DNA of 26,637 nucleotides from a virus (Duplodnaviria > Caudoviricetes), in IMG/VR virus record IMGVR_UViG_3300025103_002323, positions 1 through 26,637 of that record; one strand, written 5' to 3'. The notes under the pieces are model-generated. The model was not told the DNA's origin. It worked only from the letters and a program-made list of their open reading frames with translations, and searched no databases. The position numbers were made by a program, and so were the translations under genes. Shown here piece by piece: positions 10,501 through 19,682 of the stretch. Each line of letters begins with the position of its first letter. The stretch's first letter is position 1.

Positions 10501-13500
10501 ATTTCGCATAATCCGACCAGCTCTGTCTACAGAACGATTACCAATACTCTGATCAAAAGCTGGTGTTAACTCATCAGGTCTTTGGCGTATCGCCATCTCG
10601 TCTAAGTCAGATTGAACAAGCTGTTCTTTCTTAGACGGTTTCATTGTCATAGGTATTTCTAGTCTTTTTTCTAGTCTTTCTGCAACTCGTCTTCTATTAT
10701 CTATATGCTTTAAACTAAGTCTAGGTTGATTTTGTACAAGATCTTGTTTGATTTCTTGTACTAGCCTACGAGCAGTTTCTACTGCACCTTGTTCTGCGTC
10801 AGTAAGAGGATCTGCAAACTCATCTAATACTGGTGATCCTGAAGGATTAAGACTTGGACTTTGTAATCCAACCACTGTAGGGGGAGCAGTGGGTTTTCGT
10901 GTTGTTGTTGCTGCTTCTCTGATAAGGTTCTCTATCATTTCAAAAGCATGTACACTGTTTTCATGTTCTGAATCTCTCATCCAGTCCATATTAGGTTGTA
11001 TAGGTAACCAGCCTATATTTTCTCCTTGGTACCAATCATACTCAGATACTTCAAAGCCTTTGTGGGGAACGATAGCTCCATTAGTAAGCTGGGAAATAAA
11101 CCCATACTTTCTTTCTTTGTAAACATCTGGTTCTGTAAACATAAGAGCTAGCTGTGTCTTTGCTTCTTCTAAGGCACGTAATGGTTTTGCAGCTTCAATC
11201 ATTATAGTTACAGCTGTATCATGTGCTACTTTTATTTGTTCTTCAGATAGTGGAGCTTGTGTAGCTCCTACAAACTCATCACCGACTCGTGGTGCAAGAG
11301 GTATATCTGTAGTAGAAGGACGACCAGAAGCTAGTTGATTTTTTAATTTTACAAACAACTCATCATATAATGTAACTAAGCTAAATGATAAATCGTTGTA
11401 GAGTTCTGACCCTGTAAATGCATCTTCTCCAAATAAAGAATCTTCTGGGTTAGCTCTTGCTGCCTTAAGTATATGAGGGTTTACCTCCTCTGATACATCC
11501 ATTCCTGCATTAATAGCAATAGCACGATACTGTTCTAGCATCTCTGCAATCTTATCTTTAACACCATCTCTTAAAGCTTTTATAGGAGTACTAGGTCCAG
11601 TAGCAAATCGTCCTTCTCCCTTAGGCGGTCGCATGTTTCCAATTTCAGTTAACAAATCACCAAGTATTTTATCCATACCTATGTCATTATAGAAATCAGT
11701 GTGGAAACCTAACTCTTTTAGAATAGCTGTAGGACTATTCTTCATATCTAATATAAGGTCTGCCGTTTCAGTTTGTGCACGTATAATTTGCATGTAGTCG
11801 TTTGGAGTTACTAGTGCAGGGTTTTGTAATACTTCTACGATATTATCAAAAAGCTTGTCACCTATACCGTCTGGTAATCCAGTTAACTGATCACGTAATC
11901 CCGGAGCTTCCTGATCCATCATCCGTTCGATAGCTTCTCTACTTGCAAACTGACGATACCACCTGTGACCAGCTTTATCTATGATCCTTTGTCGGTCAAG
12001 TGCTTCTGCAAATCCAGACATTTCTCTTGCGAATATGAAAGGAAGTCCTCCTCCAATAAAGGGGATACCACCACCTCTAGCCATATAAAGAGCTTTACGC
12101 CATCCTTCAGCTTTCTTCACCTTGTCGTTACTAAGTCCAATCATGGTCTTCCACCAAAGAGAACCATCCCCTCTAGTAGGTCCAGTTGTTGTTGCACCTA
12201 AAGCTGCTTCAGAGATTCCTTTCTGTACAAAGTCAATATCACCCCAGACTTTCTGGTAGTACGTATCACTATTTCGTAACATGTCTCCAAGAACAGTTAT
12301 ACCACCATCAAGGACTCCTAATGATTTATTCGTAACCCAGTTTCTTACAGCGAACGCAGGTCTCTCTAGAAAAAGTTTAGAAGCAAATCTGTTTATAGCA
12401 TTTTGTAATCCAAGTGCTGCACCTACTTCATCTGTAAGCCCATACTTTCCAAGTATTACTCTGTTCATTTCTCCCTTTATCTCATCATTGAATCGCGCCC
12501 AGAACTCATGTATTGTTAAGTCTTCTCCAGTTGGGTCTAATCCTTTTTTAAGAATAGAGATTTTATCTAAGTCTATCTCTCTAAGAACATCTATTGTTTT
12601 TGCTTGGTCGCTGTAAAGAACATCACTTATCTTTGCACCGCGTACAAACTTAAGCATCTCTACAGGAGAATCTTCTACTTTTTGTAAAGCTTGTAAAAAC
12701 TCTCTAACGAATGTATGATGCGTTACAGATGCAGACTTTTTAAATCTAGGTAAGTAACTTTGAAGCATATCACCTAATGCGCCTGTTGCTATATAAGAAC
12801 TTGCAACGGCTTTATCTCGACGAGAACCTTCCCATGTTTGTCCTGTAGCCCATTGCTTCAGTCTTGAACCACGAGGTTTCATAGGATGATCTGGAAGTTC
12901 TTTTCCATCTACACCTTTTAAATGGTCTACTTCTTCTATATTAAACTTATCAGCTGTTCGTGCTGCTGTTGTGTCCAACGTCGCTAATTTATTTGCTTTA
13001 GATAGTGGATTTGTAACCTTAAATATATTTTTAAAAGAACGCCCTGCATCTACAAACGTATCTGACCTATTAATAATATCGTAAATCTCATCTATATGAT
13101 CTACATTTTTTAGGACTGCAGGAGTACCAAGTTCTTTAGCAAGGTATAATTCTCCAAGAGTGTCTGCTAGCATGTTAGCTGCTCTATCTGCATCAACAAC
13201 ATCTTTTGGTAGTTGTCCTTTACCTACTGTCAAAGTTCCCCTTAGGTTATCAAAAATTCTTATAGCTAAGTGATCAGAAAGTTCTTTAACTTTAGCAGCA
13301 TCTACAACAGGAGTAACATCTTTAGCCGCTGGTTTTACAAAGGGGGCACCAAGAGTATTTCTTAGTGCTCGTACTGTTTCTTTCGTACTAGAAGGATTAA
13401 GATTTACTACAGTTAGCTCATCTATTTTTTTGGTTAAATTAGTCTTAAATAAAGCTTCTTCAACAACTTCAATAGCTTCGTCTACAGCACCCGCATCTAT

Positions 13501-15870
13501 ATCATTTGTTCCCCGACTAGCCCCTCTTAATGTTTCTATTATATTTGTTGCATTAACTCCAGCACTTGTTAGTCTAGGTGCTGCTTTTAAACCCATTGCA
13601 GTAGACTTAAACCCAGCCCCAATTATTTTACCTGCACCCATATCAAGCAGATTGAAAGTACCAAATGCAACGCCAGCTCGCATACGTCCCCACATGTTTA
13701 TAGCTTCGTCTAGTGCTTCTTCAATTGTATAATTTTTATTTAAAACTAAATCGTTAAAGTGTGCAGCGTTAGTAAGGTGGAATTGTTTATTTGCATCTAT
13801 ATGAAACTCAAATAATCCACCTATAGCATCTTCTATATGCTGCTTTTCTTGTGCATTAGCTTTATATAAGTAGACTGAGGAAAGGTCTCTTCTAATTTTT
13901 CCCCCTACTTTTGAGTCTTCGTTAATTCTATTATCTCTTAACTGTGCGTAGGAAGCACTTACAGATGCTTGTTCAAGCTCATCAAACTCATCAATCCAAG
14001 AATTATATAGAGGGTTTTTATTTTGAAGTTGTTCCCCTGTGTATTCTATCTGTTCCCATGTTGGAAGATTGTCTTTAATAAAACTACTACCTACTGTTTT
14101 GCGAAGTCCATAGTCAGCAACAGCTTTTGCTGTATCATATCCACCACCAATAGCCCACCATATACCTGTAAGGAATCCTTGCTGTACATTTGCAAGACCT
14201 TCTTGTGCTTGTAAGAATTTAATAGATACTTCTGAAGCACCTCTTTCTCTTGCACTTGCTACAGCTTTTTTAAGTCTTACAGGGTCACCTCTAAATTCTT
14301 CAAACAATTGTTTACGAGCTTGTTGCTTATAAGGGTCATCTTGCATAGACATATCAAAGTCCCAATGAGGATTAATCAACGCTTGCTCGGCTACGTTATC
14401 TGCATATATTTCATCTGAAGCAATTACTCCACCAATAAGATCATGTCCTATATCATAGATAGCACTTAATCCCTTTTTCCACCAAGACTTGCTTTCAGGC
14501 TTTACTTTAAATCCTTCTCTTAATAAGAACTCATTAGAAAGAAACTCGCTCTCTAAGTTTTTAGGAAGTATCAAAGGAGACGAAGGAGGCCAAGGTTCTT
14601 GTACTCTTGCATAATCCACTTGTAGTGTATCAATGTATTCAAGCACAGCTCTTTCTGCTTGTGCTTTTTCATCCCCTGTCTTAGCCATTTTCTGAGTCGT
14701 ACCTGAAAGACCTGTTCGTATTCCGTTAAGTATTGCATGCCGTAATACAACTTGTTGAGGAACTGTTAACCCAAGATTGTACCAAACTTCCTTTGCTTTT
14801 TGTGATCGCACAGCACTACCTGTAACCTGTAATGCATTTAGAAATAATTCAACAGGCATGTTTTCAAACTCTTTCATACGTTTGATAGTAAGAATATTTT
14901 TTGGTTCCATTGCAACAAGAATATAGTTTTCTTGTCCTTCTCCATAATCGCTAAGTCCAGCAATCATTTGAGATCGTATGTTTATTAACTGATCTTCAGC
15001 TATTTTTGTCTCGTCGTTAAACTTTTGTAGAATCTTTTCAGTTTGTTTAATTACTTCTTGTCTAACAACCGAGTTTTCGGTTATTCTATTTTCTGTTTCA
15101 TACTGGTCCAATGTTGTTCTAAAGGCTTTAGGATCTCCAGCAAGGAAATCTGCAAAGATAGCAGAAGATGTTTCTTGATCTATCTTTTGAAGAAAGGGGT
15201 TTATTGCAAGTGTATCGGCTGTTGTAGCAGAAATTGCTCTTGGTTTAAGTAAACCTTTTCCTTGATAGTATTGCTTTAAGTCTGCACTTGCACCTTTATC
15301 ATTAGCTGCTATATCTAGTCCTAGCCCATATAATTTTGCTTCACCTGCATCACTACCGATTTGTCTATATGCCCAGCTTTGTAACTCAGGATCACCTGTT
15401 CTATCAACTTCTGCTAGTATAAGAGAACGAAATATGTTCTTATCTTCAGTAGCCGTTTCAGGATTAAAATTACCCCATGATAGTTCCGCAACTTCTGTTG
15501 CTAAATCTTGGCCTGTTTTAGAATTAACTTCTTGTAATGTATCCTCTCTACCTAAAGTATCCCGGTAGTATGAAGGTATAGTCTGTATACCTTTATCTAA
15601 TTCGTCCCCTACATCATAATCAGAAGTAGCTAGATAATCATTTACATTAGATCTACCTTGAGAAACCGTATCGTCAAAATCTCTATCTAAGTAACTATCT
15701 CCATGAGGAGAAGGGTAACCTTGTGGAATAGAAGTTGCTCGTTCTTCCACTGGTGCGGGGGAACCACCCTTGACCATATCACTTATTTTTGCACCGGCAG
15801 TCGGGTCACCACTACCTAGTTGTGTTAACAGTTTTGAAAAATCGCCCATCTTACGTTGGTCTATTGACAT
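4579..15870 (-). CDS. Giant internal virion / DNA ejection-like protein (3763 aa)
   Basis: Uninterrupted 11.3-kb ORF in the structural operon; mostly helical; no Cys seen; Gly-rich hydrophobic segments; PAFAVRNWVTN and DY…IRWLGPWHIW motifs resemble those of large phage internal virion proteins; weak SD consistent with low copy number. The ORF is certain, the function is inferred. Confidence 0.7.
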   Translation of the reverse strand: MSIDQRKMGDFSKLLTQLGSGDPTAGAKISDMVKGGSPAPVEERATSIPQGYPSPHGDSYLDRDFDDTVSQGRSNVNDYLATSDYDVGDELDKGIQTIPSYYRDTLGREDTLQEVNSKTGQDLATEVAELSWGNFNPETATEDKNIFRSLILAEVDRTGDPELQSWAYRQIGSDAGEAKLYGLGLDIAANDKGASADLKQYYQGKGLLKPRAISATTADTLAINPFLQKIDQETSSAIFADFLAGDPKAFRTTLDQYETENRITENSVVRQEVIKQTEKILQKFNDETKIAEDQLINIRSQMIAGLSDYGEGQENYILVAMEPKNILTIKRMKEFENMPVELFLNALQVTGSAVRSQKAKEVWYNLGLTVPQQVVLRHAILNGIRTGLSGTTQKMAKTGDEKAQAERAVLEYIDTLQVDYARVQEPWPPSSPLILPKNLESEFLSNEFLLREGFKVKPESKSWWKKGLSAIYDIGHDLIGGVIASDEIYADNVAEQALINPHWDFDMSMQDDPYKQQARKQLFEEFRGDPVRLKKAVASARERGASEVSIKFLQAQEGLANVQQGFLTGIWWAIGGGYDTAKAVADYGLRKTVGSSFIKDNLPTWEQIEYTGEQLQNKNPLYNSWIDEFDELEQASVSASYAQLRDNRINEDSKVGGKIRRDLSSVYLYKANAQEKQHIEDAIGGLFEFHIDANKQFHLTNAAHFNDLVLNKNYTIEEALDEAINMWGRMRAGVAFGTFNLLDMGAGKIIGAGFKSTAMGLKAAPRLTSAGVNATNIIETLRGASRGTNDIDAGAVDEAIEVVEEALFKTNLTKKIDELTVVNLNPSSTKETVRALRNTLGAPFVKPAAKDVTPVVDAAKVKELSDHLAIRIFDNLRGTLTVGKGQLPKDVVDADRAANMLADTLGELYLAKELGTPAVLKNVDHIDEIYDIINRSDTFVDAGRSFKNIFKVTNPLSKANKLATLDTTAARTADKFNIEEVDHLKGVDGKELPDHPMKPRGSRLKQWATGQTWEGSRRDKAVASSYIATGALGDMLQSYLPRFKKSASVTHHTFVREFLQALQKVEDSPVEMLKFVRGAKISDVLYSDQAKTIDVLREIDLDKISILKKGLDPTGEDLTIHEFWARFNDEIKGEMNRVILGKYGLTDEVGAALGLQNAINRFASKLFLERPAFAVRNWVTNKSLGVLDGGITVLGDMLRNSDTYYQKVWGDIDFVQKGISEAALGATTTGPTRGDGSLWWKTMIGLSNDKVKKAEGWRKALYMARGGGIPFIGGGLPFIFAREMSGFAEALDRQRIIDKAGHRWYRQFASREAIERMMDQEAPGLRDQLTGLPDGIGDKLFDNIVEVLQNPALVTPNDYMQIIRAQTETADLILDMKNSPTAILKELGFHTDFYNDIGMDKILGDLLTEIGNMRPPKGEGRFATGPSTPIKALRDGVKDKIAEMLEQYRAIAINAGMDVSEEVNPHILKAARANPEDSLFGEDAFTGSELYNDLSFSLVTLYDELFVKLKNQLASGRPSTTDIPLAPRVGDEFVGATQAPLSEEQIKVAHDTAVTIMIEAAKPLRALEEAKTQLALMFTEPDVYKERKYGFISQLTNGAIVPHKGFEVSEYDWYQGENIGWLPIQPNMDWMRDSEHENSVHAFEMIENLIREAATTTRKPTAPPTVVGLQSPSLNPSGSPVLDEFADPLTDAEQGAVETARRLVQEIKQDLVQNQPRLSLKHIDNRRRVAERLEKRLEIPMTMKPSKKEQLVQSDLDEMAIRQRPDELTPAFDQSIGNRSVDRAGRIMRNEVDEAVWIRQPPEYRERVLHQTLLDVIEFSNDGVKRLLDPQKIRDQWFKEYKYLWSNAEVNKGLIRLIDEGLIWGAIDAPGVRSGYVSIEAGRPLGRGVPSRGRGFERTPVLTPEQAEAKMGELGQALDILADRATRRSLEMADLYKIRDFERELTSASQSAIQNILRLTDRFGQVGSINEAKKRSDELVETIIESFQGARRVDPADSSKTFEGFVQTQISNYNRLAEELGIETRPLDLRKNGRSTSAANGLDVWHDQIGNYESNLAKTGPTLAVLHRLHQRLNEDIAKGIPQESFSANFLDRIDDWQRRQTVEWSNLYLDAELDVPYINSIADRLKNFPPELLTPEHFIDKENWINHINYWGVPKIRTTEADAFNFRLEQKILAGTDKESKHTFSIPIVSRIIPRGQTAGLEGAQETRANILSPAQIEFNRQKDIPIGSDPWRLPEMTKEGNRNFVFQGDEAVLPANYGMAPAAKVDPLKLEDIEIPPQGVHGRVFMQGAPEGYMPVITDDSWGVDGRRLAVFVREDATEAEIVEAMKPLIKYKKDMAKHKTRIGKSVGMYTRGDHNWTGYQVSWSGSSGAKGHDPSFAQAELKKVLDEVQNLKDSNSKEYKGIMGIVTKSTKVVRNKDGKIITEAGDRVKQNAERNIRRRALLRLAHYMEDQWEKGWPIYGNPKYRLEDALEEFIAQQRIFEEQRLATRGGKTIIDNPLAGRVVPEEIGLRLQDFMEAAAEQSNKLRRVSRKLGVAQADWILHDYNNTNNIDYMIRWLGPWHIWQTRTTAKLAAHIAENPQFLNKASQMLQTMTAINRDSETSSWAERDLPIGQALQPFFGMSKAMGIDPGGWVSTAEKYSTNSTLNVNSFLFWNDMFDYYPSGGRTPREGEDPLKNWENFSATGKAIDMYSGKLMLPINPIFTAGVSILGETGLIEKPFGEETDVLEKTIGSLTRPTDTLLGLASALTGTHHKTQLIRTNRDIREIDWQYANAALNIIMTATDDDGNRYGSDPEQNPELQRLLIAWDAWSRNKQNPIINVPLLHTVGSAMGEVFGHELSSVGKMTNPVTGKTINAGPVSDIHSKIVREAATFRSIRDATSILSGAPLNIAHQRVKDPETGRMINASDVMSKYYEIVQDRSLTKGQKSKAYQEYFNKSPWVRNWLNNKKYESDPIKTAQATTMKYALLEEANTLYEIELSQIPGERVPVPSSPDGEQESLYNSLGLTEAAAPNEDFWKARTLAQEKRRMRILEGSKRIFEATGVNTGGLDDSSYGDPAANFSIDKRSFGDSKLFYELMQENLIRDDMFMTLFGDNPLAGVQKIESVLDNLFPNGVYKTVKREDVESVIDEILEEKFERSGVKYKKEFITVDMFNAWQLESYVQFLKKERYTTIPRLFSDEFREIYTVRGTNATNWPQYYKDVEKWEKGIQEKDPEQFRLYKMYEASTADLDQIVDTAIEKVMRSVMDQISDTYELQGFNQDIVAVSKHNEYLRMNWKPPTRTDVLAWLNENEYGQIWMQRQDYSESELISQIDKRLKTVDNITFQDMKDGQWEEKKTVLQTQISLETPVKDQTHFWAPNQEKTIHNQQTIDEFNQAYAVHRELAFARENNIYLKLNPIDNPAHLNYYKYFVKDAESQIVSFATVKQLQDKKMWDEAEYVKKLNEERHPTGWSLGVVQEKRNSLELPSQSDVDTPARLDFSSSSPEAANASGGFPSTGKNALNISRKYQLFDMGQNPVLSNEGANIKASIVSRYYGSSDVPIPADYIFETFARNGIGSREDIIDMWESMFPRLIGLFPELVDNRQVRTLLANTNSSGIANEDSKIATYQYVDALASIVALATGIQPINRRQIKNALPTTSFERPSATKSKIANPSSSGAGGLPTWAELTRHINMVFHDDELEQAIIGGFAGKPLTKNQERMLRAMYKTFPIGANYSFNEWLQALKLIYQTKTLLGGAGSSYGARSATFKYPSRTPRIAKYRD

Positions 15871-15887
15871 TAGTTATTTGCCTTATC

Positions 15888-18800
15888 TTAGTATTCAGAC
15901 TCAATGACTGTATTTGTCGTGTTTTGTCCGGCTCTATTGCGCTTACTTCTTGTGTGTATATTTGTATTTGTACCCGCATTTGTACCTGCAGTAGCACCTT
16001 CGTATTCCTCAAATGCTTTTAAATCTGCTGCATCTTGCGCCGCACCCTTGACAGTTTGTCCAGTGTACACGCCTTTAGCTCCTGAACTAAGTTGTGGTCC
16101 TTTATTTTTAAAGTCTTCCCAAAGTTGTGCTTTTTCTACAAAAGAAGTAGCTGCGGGATCAGCTGCATTGGTTGCAAGGAAATCATTCCATTGTTGTTCT
16201 ATAAACTTATCTTCAGTCTTTGCGTTAGCTACTCTTCTTGCTGCTATCTTTGCTGCATTTGCTTTATCTGCTGCATCTTTTGCTAGACTTTCTGCAGTTA
16301 TACCGGGGGGCAATTGAGTTCCCGGCATTATCCCTTGTTGGAAGTTAGTACCAATATTCATAAAGGGGGCGAAGCCAGATTTCGGCGTTATAGAAGTCTT
16401 TGCTTGAATGTCAGCTAATTCGTCTGCTGGAGTAGTCAATGTGTACCCATTAGACCAAGTAACTGTTATACTCCCATCAGCATTTTGAGTTGAACCAGTG
16501 ACTGTTGCATCCTCAGAGAAAACAGGTTCAGGTGTAGTTACAGGTCCAGTTTCAGATGTAGGTTTAGGTGCAGGTGCAGGGGTAAACGGAGTAATAACTA
16601 CACCAGCAGGAAGTGCAGGGGTAGAAGCTGCATCTGGAAATTCCTCCGTAGTCCCATCTTTATATGTAATTGTTACAGTTCCATTCTCATTGAGTGTTCC
16701 ACTTACAATTGTTTTAGTAGTAGTGGGTCCTGTTTCTGGTCCTGTTTCTGGTCCTGTTTCTGCCGCCGGCTTCTTATCTTCTGGTTTTAGTGTTGGATCA
16801 TCTATTTCTTCACCATTCTCATCTGCCCAAGTTACATTACCCTCTGAATCTGTCGTCTTAGATTTTCCTTTATGCGGACCTGTGTTATACACAATAGTTG
16901 TAGAACCATCTGCATTGTTTATTATTTCATTTCCATCATCGTCATAATTTCTAGCATCAGCTTCAACTATTGCACCAGTAGTGTCATACGTCGTAGTTTC
17001 TCCATTGATTGTGAGAGTTACATTACCGTCTTCATCTATCTCATAGCCGTTAGCTGGATCGTTTTGAAACTCTTCATTACTTGTTATAAAGTCATAGAAC
17101 CCTTGTCTATTAAAAGGAGTGCTATTCCCATGCTTCATCCAGTAATTTTTTAGTGCCGTGTAGTTACCTGTTCCAGGTACTGCAGGTCCAGTTTGATTTC
17201 CCCATTCATCTGTAGGAACTATAATAGCGAGGCCATCAGAGCTTACCCCATGATATCCTACGATAGTTATACCATCTACATCATAGATCCATTGTCTAAC
17301 GGGCTTTCTAGTCATATCAAGATTCCACTCTAGTGGATTTATAAAAGATGGATATTTGTTAGGATCACCACCTTTTGCCAAGTAATCTTGCCAGCGTTGT
17401 CTTAAATCACCATCTGCAAAAGATGGAGTGATTGTAGTAGCCGCTGCATTCTTCTGCATAGCCGCTGCAAATGCAGCCTGAGCTTTTTGTTCAGCAGTCA
17501 GTTCTGCGGCCTTTGTTCTAGTAGTAAGCGCAAGTGCCTTAGCATCTTCAAGAGCACTAGAAACTAGTGTTCCTCCTACAGTTGCAATTCCTGCTTCACT
17601 TTGTGTAGGATCCCTGTACAACGGAGGGTATGAACCATACTTTTGCCCAGCTCCAATTTGGCCTAATGATTCCATCTTGTTATATTGCTCTAACCAAGTA
17701 GAACCTGCTGCAAGAATATCAGCTGCTCCAATAGCTATTCCTGCTCTAGAGCCTAAACCATAGTCCATACCACCATCAGTTGTGTTTATCCAGTTAGGCA
17801 TTGCAATATCAAATGAACTTATATTTAATGGGGGTTGTCCAAGTCCCATAGGAATACTTACAGGTTGTTTAGCATATCGAGGGTCGCTAGCAAGTCTAGC
17901 TTGTCCTAAGACGTAGCCAACCCAGTGCTTTAACATATCTCTTTGTCGTATGTGTAGTTGCTCATCAGGGGTTAAGTCTAGGAATTTATCTGTTTGGCTT
18001 ACTGTTATTCCTTGTAACACACTTGGAAATGCACTATCAATTATAGACATATCTCCACCGGCGTTTAGCACAGCTTGTAACCATGGTCGAACAGAAGCAG
18101 GAACTCCTTCTTGTAAGGATTTTCCTATATTTAATTCTATACTTTCATCAATTCTCCAAGATCCAGGACCTCCGGGATCATTAGGATCTTTTGGAATAAA
18201 GGTCAAAGAAGCAGGTGATGGACCTATCCATGGCATCGTATCTACTAAGGTAGGTGTTTTTGTAATTGGGTCTAGTGAGTAAGCTATTCCTGTTTTAATT
18301 AACTCAGCACTTAATGCGGGTAAGTCACTTTCCCTAGGATTAAAGGGGGAATAACTATCAACTTTTCCATTTAACTGAACATATAAAGCAGCTAGATCAT
18401 CTGTATCTACGTCTGATAAACCTAGCATATCAGGATTTCTTAGTGCATCTTTTAAATCCCACCAAGCTCCCGCATGTAAATTAATAACTCTATCTGTTCC
18501 ATCTATGTCACCTAATTGACTAACTAGTTTTGATTTAGAAAGTAAGTCAAAAAGAGAAGCTGCAGAACGGCTTCCTGAATCTGTTAATGTAATATCTACA
18601 GTTCGTGGAGCAGTTGTTCCATCTGCAGTTTTTTCCATAAAGTTGACTCGGATAGTATTTGGAGTTGGTTTTTCAACAAAGCGATTTCCTTCTAGTTTTT
18701 GATCAGTAGGAAGAGCTGCTGCCTCATCAATTTTTGCTGCCGCCGCTGCCAGTGCCGTCCACATTGCGGCAGTAGCTCCAGAAATTAACGCTAGTTCGCC

Positions 18801-19682
18801 GTCTATAGTTACTTCATATTGCTTATCAAACTTATCTGCATAGAATCTTTTATACCATGTATACCATGCATCAAAAAGATTTTGAGATTCAGAGTCTATA
18901 CCAACCTCTTGTAAACCTGTAAGAATCTCTAGAATACGAGAGTGTACTACTCCATTAGGTAATCCTACTTCAGTTGATCCTTTTGGAGGTGTATATGTAA
19001 AAAAGTCATCTCCTATGTTTGCTGCTGGTTCTTCATCGCCCGGATCAAAATCAGGATTTTGTCCCGGAGAGTCGGTAGATCCAACAAAGGCAGGAGATAC
19101 TGACGTAGTTACTGTTGCTGGTGTTGTTGTGGCGGGTGTTGCTGTGCTTGTTACATTTTGAGATATATCAATTGGGAATCGTCCGTCTTCGTCAGCTCCT
19201 TGTATTGGACTCACTACACCAGAAGAGGTTATCTCTTTTAGTCTTACAGGAGTCATGTTTAGTGCCGCAACTGATTCAATTATTTTATTTGTAACCGGGT
19301 CTACCTCACCAGTGTTAGAGAGAAACATCTTGTCAAACTTAGATAACTCTGCTCTTGCGTCTGCTACTTCTCCACTCTTATGACGTGGAGTATTTTCTGC
19401 ACTGGCACTTTGTATAAGTTGCTGAATAATTGCATTTCTATAAAGTAGATAGTTCGGAGTGGTAATGTCTCCAATCAAGGCTTCAAGTTTACTAGTAGCT
19501 TTTTCTTCACCGCCAAGCATTTTCCATATATCTAGATCCTGAGGAATGTAGCTAACAGTCCCAGCAGTAATAGAAGAACCATCGTCTGCCCTCATACTAC
19601 CTGACGTTCGATTAGCGTTCCATCTTGCAATAATTGCAGATGCTAATGCCATCTTAAAATTTGTTTTAGTTGTCTGGTCCAT
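15888..19682 (-). CDS. Large putative internal virion / ejection protein with Pro/Thr linkers and beta-hairpin repeats (1264 aa)
   Basis: Coupled to the upstream gene (TAATG at 19680-19684); no Cys seen; Ala-rich helices, P/T-rich linkers, repeated N/D-x-D/N-G-x-x-T motifs. Confidence 0.6.
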   Translation of the reverse strand: MDQTTKTNFKMALASAIIARWNANRTSGSMRADDGSSITAGTVSYIPQDLDIWKMLGGEEKATSKLEALIGDITTPNYLLYRNAIIQQLIQSASAENTPRHKSGEVADARAELSKFDKMFLSNTGEVDPVTNKIIESVAALNMTPVRLKEITSSGVVSPIQGADEDGRFPIDISQNVTSTATPATTTPATVTTSVSPAFVGSTDSPGQNPDFDPGDEEPAANIGDDFFTYTPPKGSTEVGLPNGVVHSRILEILTGLQEVGIDSESQNLFDAWYTWYKRFYADKFDKQYEVTIDGELALISGATAAMWTALAAAAAKIDEAAALPTDQKLEGNRFVEKPTPNTIRVNFMEKTADGTTAPRTVDITLTDSGSRSAASLFDLLSKSKLVSQLGDIDGTDRVINLHAGAWWDLKDALRNPDMLGLSDVDTDDLAALYVQLNGKVDSYSPFNPRESDLPALSAELIKTGIAYSLDPITKTPTLVDTMPWIGPSPASLTFIPKDPNDPGGPGSWRIDESIELNIGKSLQEGVPASVRPWLQAVLNAGGDMSIIDSAFPSVLQGITVSQTDKFLDLTPDEQLHIRQRDMLKHWVGYVLGQARLASDPRYAKQPVSIPMGLGQPPLNISSFDIAMPNWINTTDGGMDYGLGSRAGIAIGAADILAAGSTWLEQYNKMESLGQIGAGQKYGSYPPLYRDPTQSEAGIATVGGTLVSSALEDAKALALTTRTKAAELTAEQKAQAAFAAAMQKNAAATTITPSFADGDLRQRWQDYLAKGGDPNKYPSFINPLEWNLDMTRKPVRQWIYDVDGITIVGYHGVSSDGLAIIVPTDEWGNQTGPAVPGTGNYTALKNYWMKHGNSTPFNRQGFYDFITSNEEFQNDPANGYEIDEDGNVTLTINGETTTYDTTGAIVEADARNYDDDGNEIINNADGSTTIVYNTGPHKGKSKTTDSEGNVTWADENGEEIDDPTLKPEDKKPAAETGPETGPETGPTTTKTIVSGTLNENGTVTITYKDGTTEEFPDAASTPALPAGVVITPFTPAPAPKPTSETGPVTTPEPVFSEDATVTGSTQNADGSITVTWSNGYTLTTPADELADIQAKTSITPKSGFAPFMNIGTNFQQGIMPGTQLPPGITAESLAKDAADKANAAKIAARRVANAKTEDKFIEQQWNDFLATNAADPAATSFVEKAQLWEDFKNKGPQLSSGAKGVYTGQTVKGAAQDAADLKAFEEYEGATAGTNAGTNTNIHTRSKRNRAGQNTTNTVIESEY
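16726..16761. repeat. Perfect 12-bp tandem repeat x3 (GGTCCTGTTTCT) encoding ETGP repeats
   Basis: Units at 16726-16737, 16738-16749 and 16750-16761; in frame within the 1264-aa gene. Confidence 0.95.

Noticed and set aside
4579-15870. Giant protein as an N4-like or crAss-like virion RNA polymerase (similar size, Cys-free, a DRAGR matching DxxGR near 10520)
   Set aside because: I found no properly spaced motif A, motif B (RxxxKxxxxxxxYG) or motif C, and no DxDxD catalytic loop in a plausible context; consensus host-type promoters also argue against it. A structure search is needed to exclude it fully.
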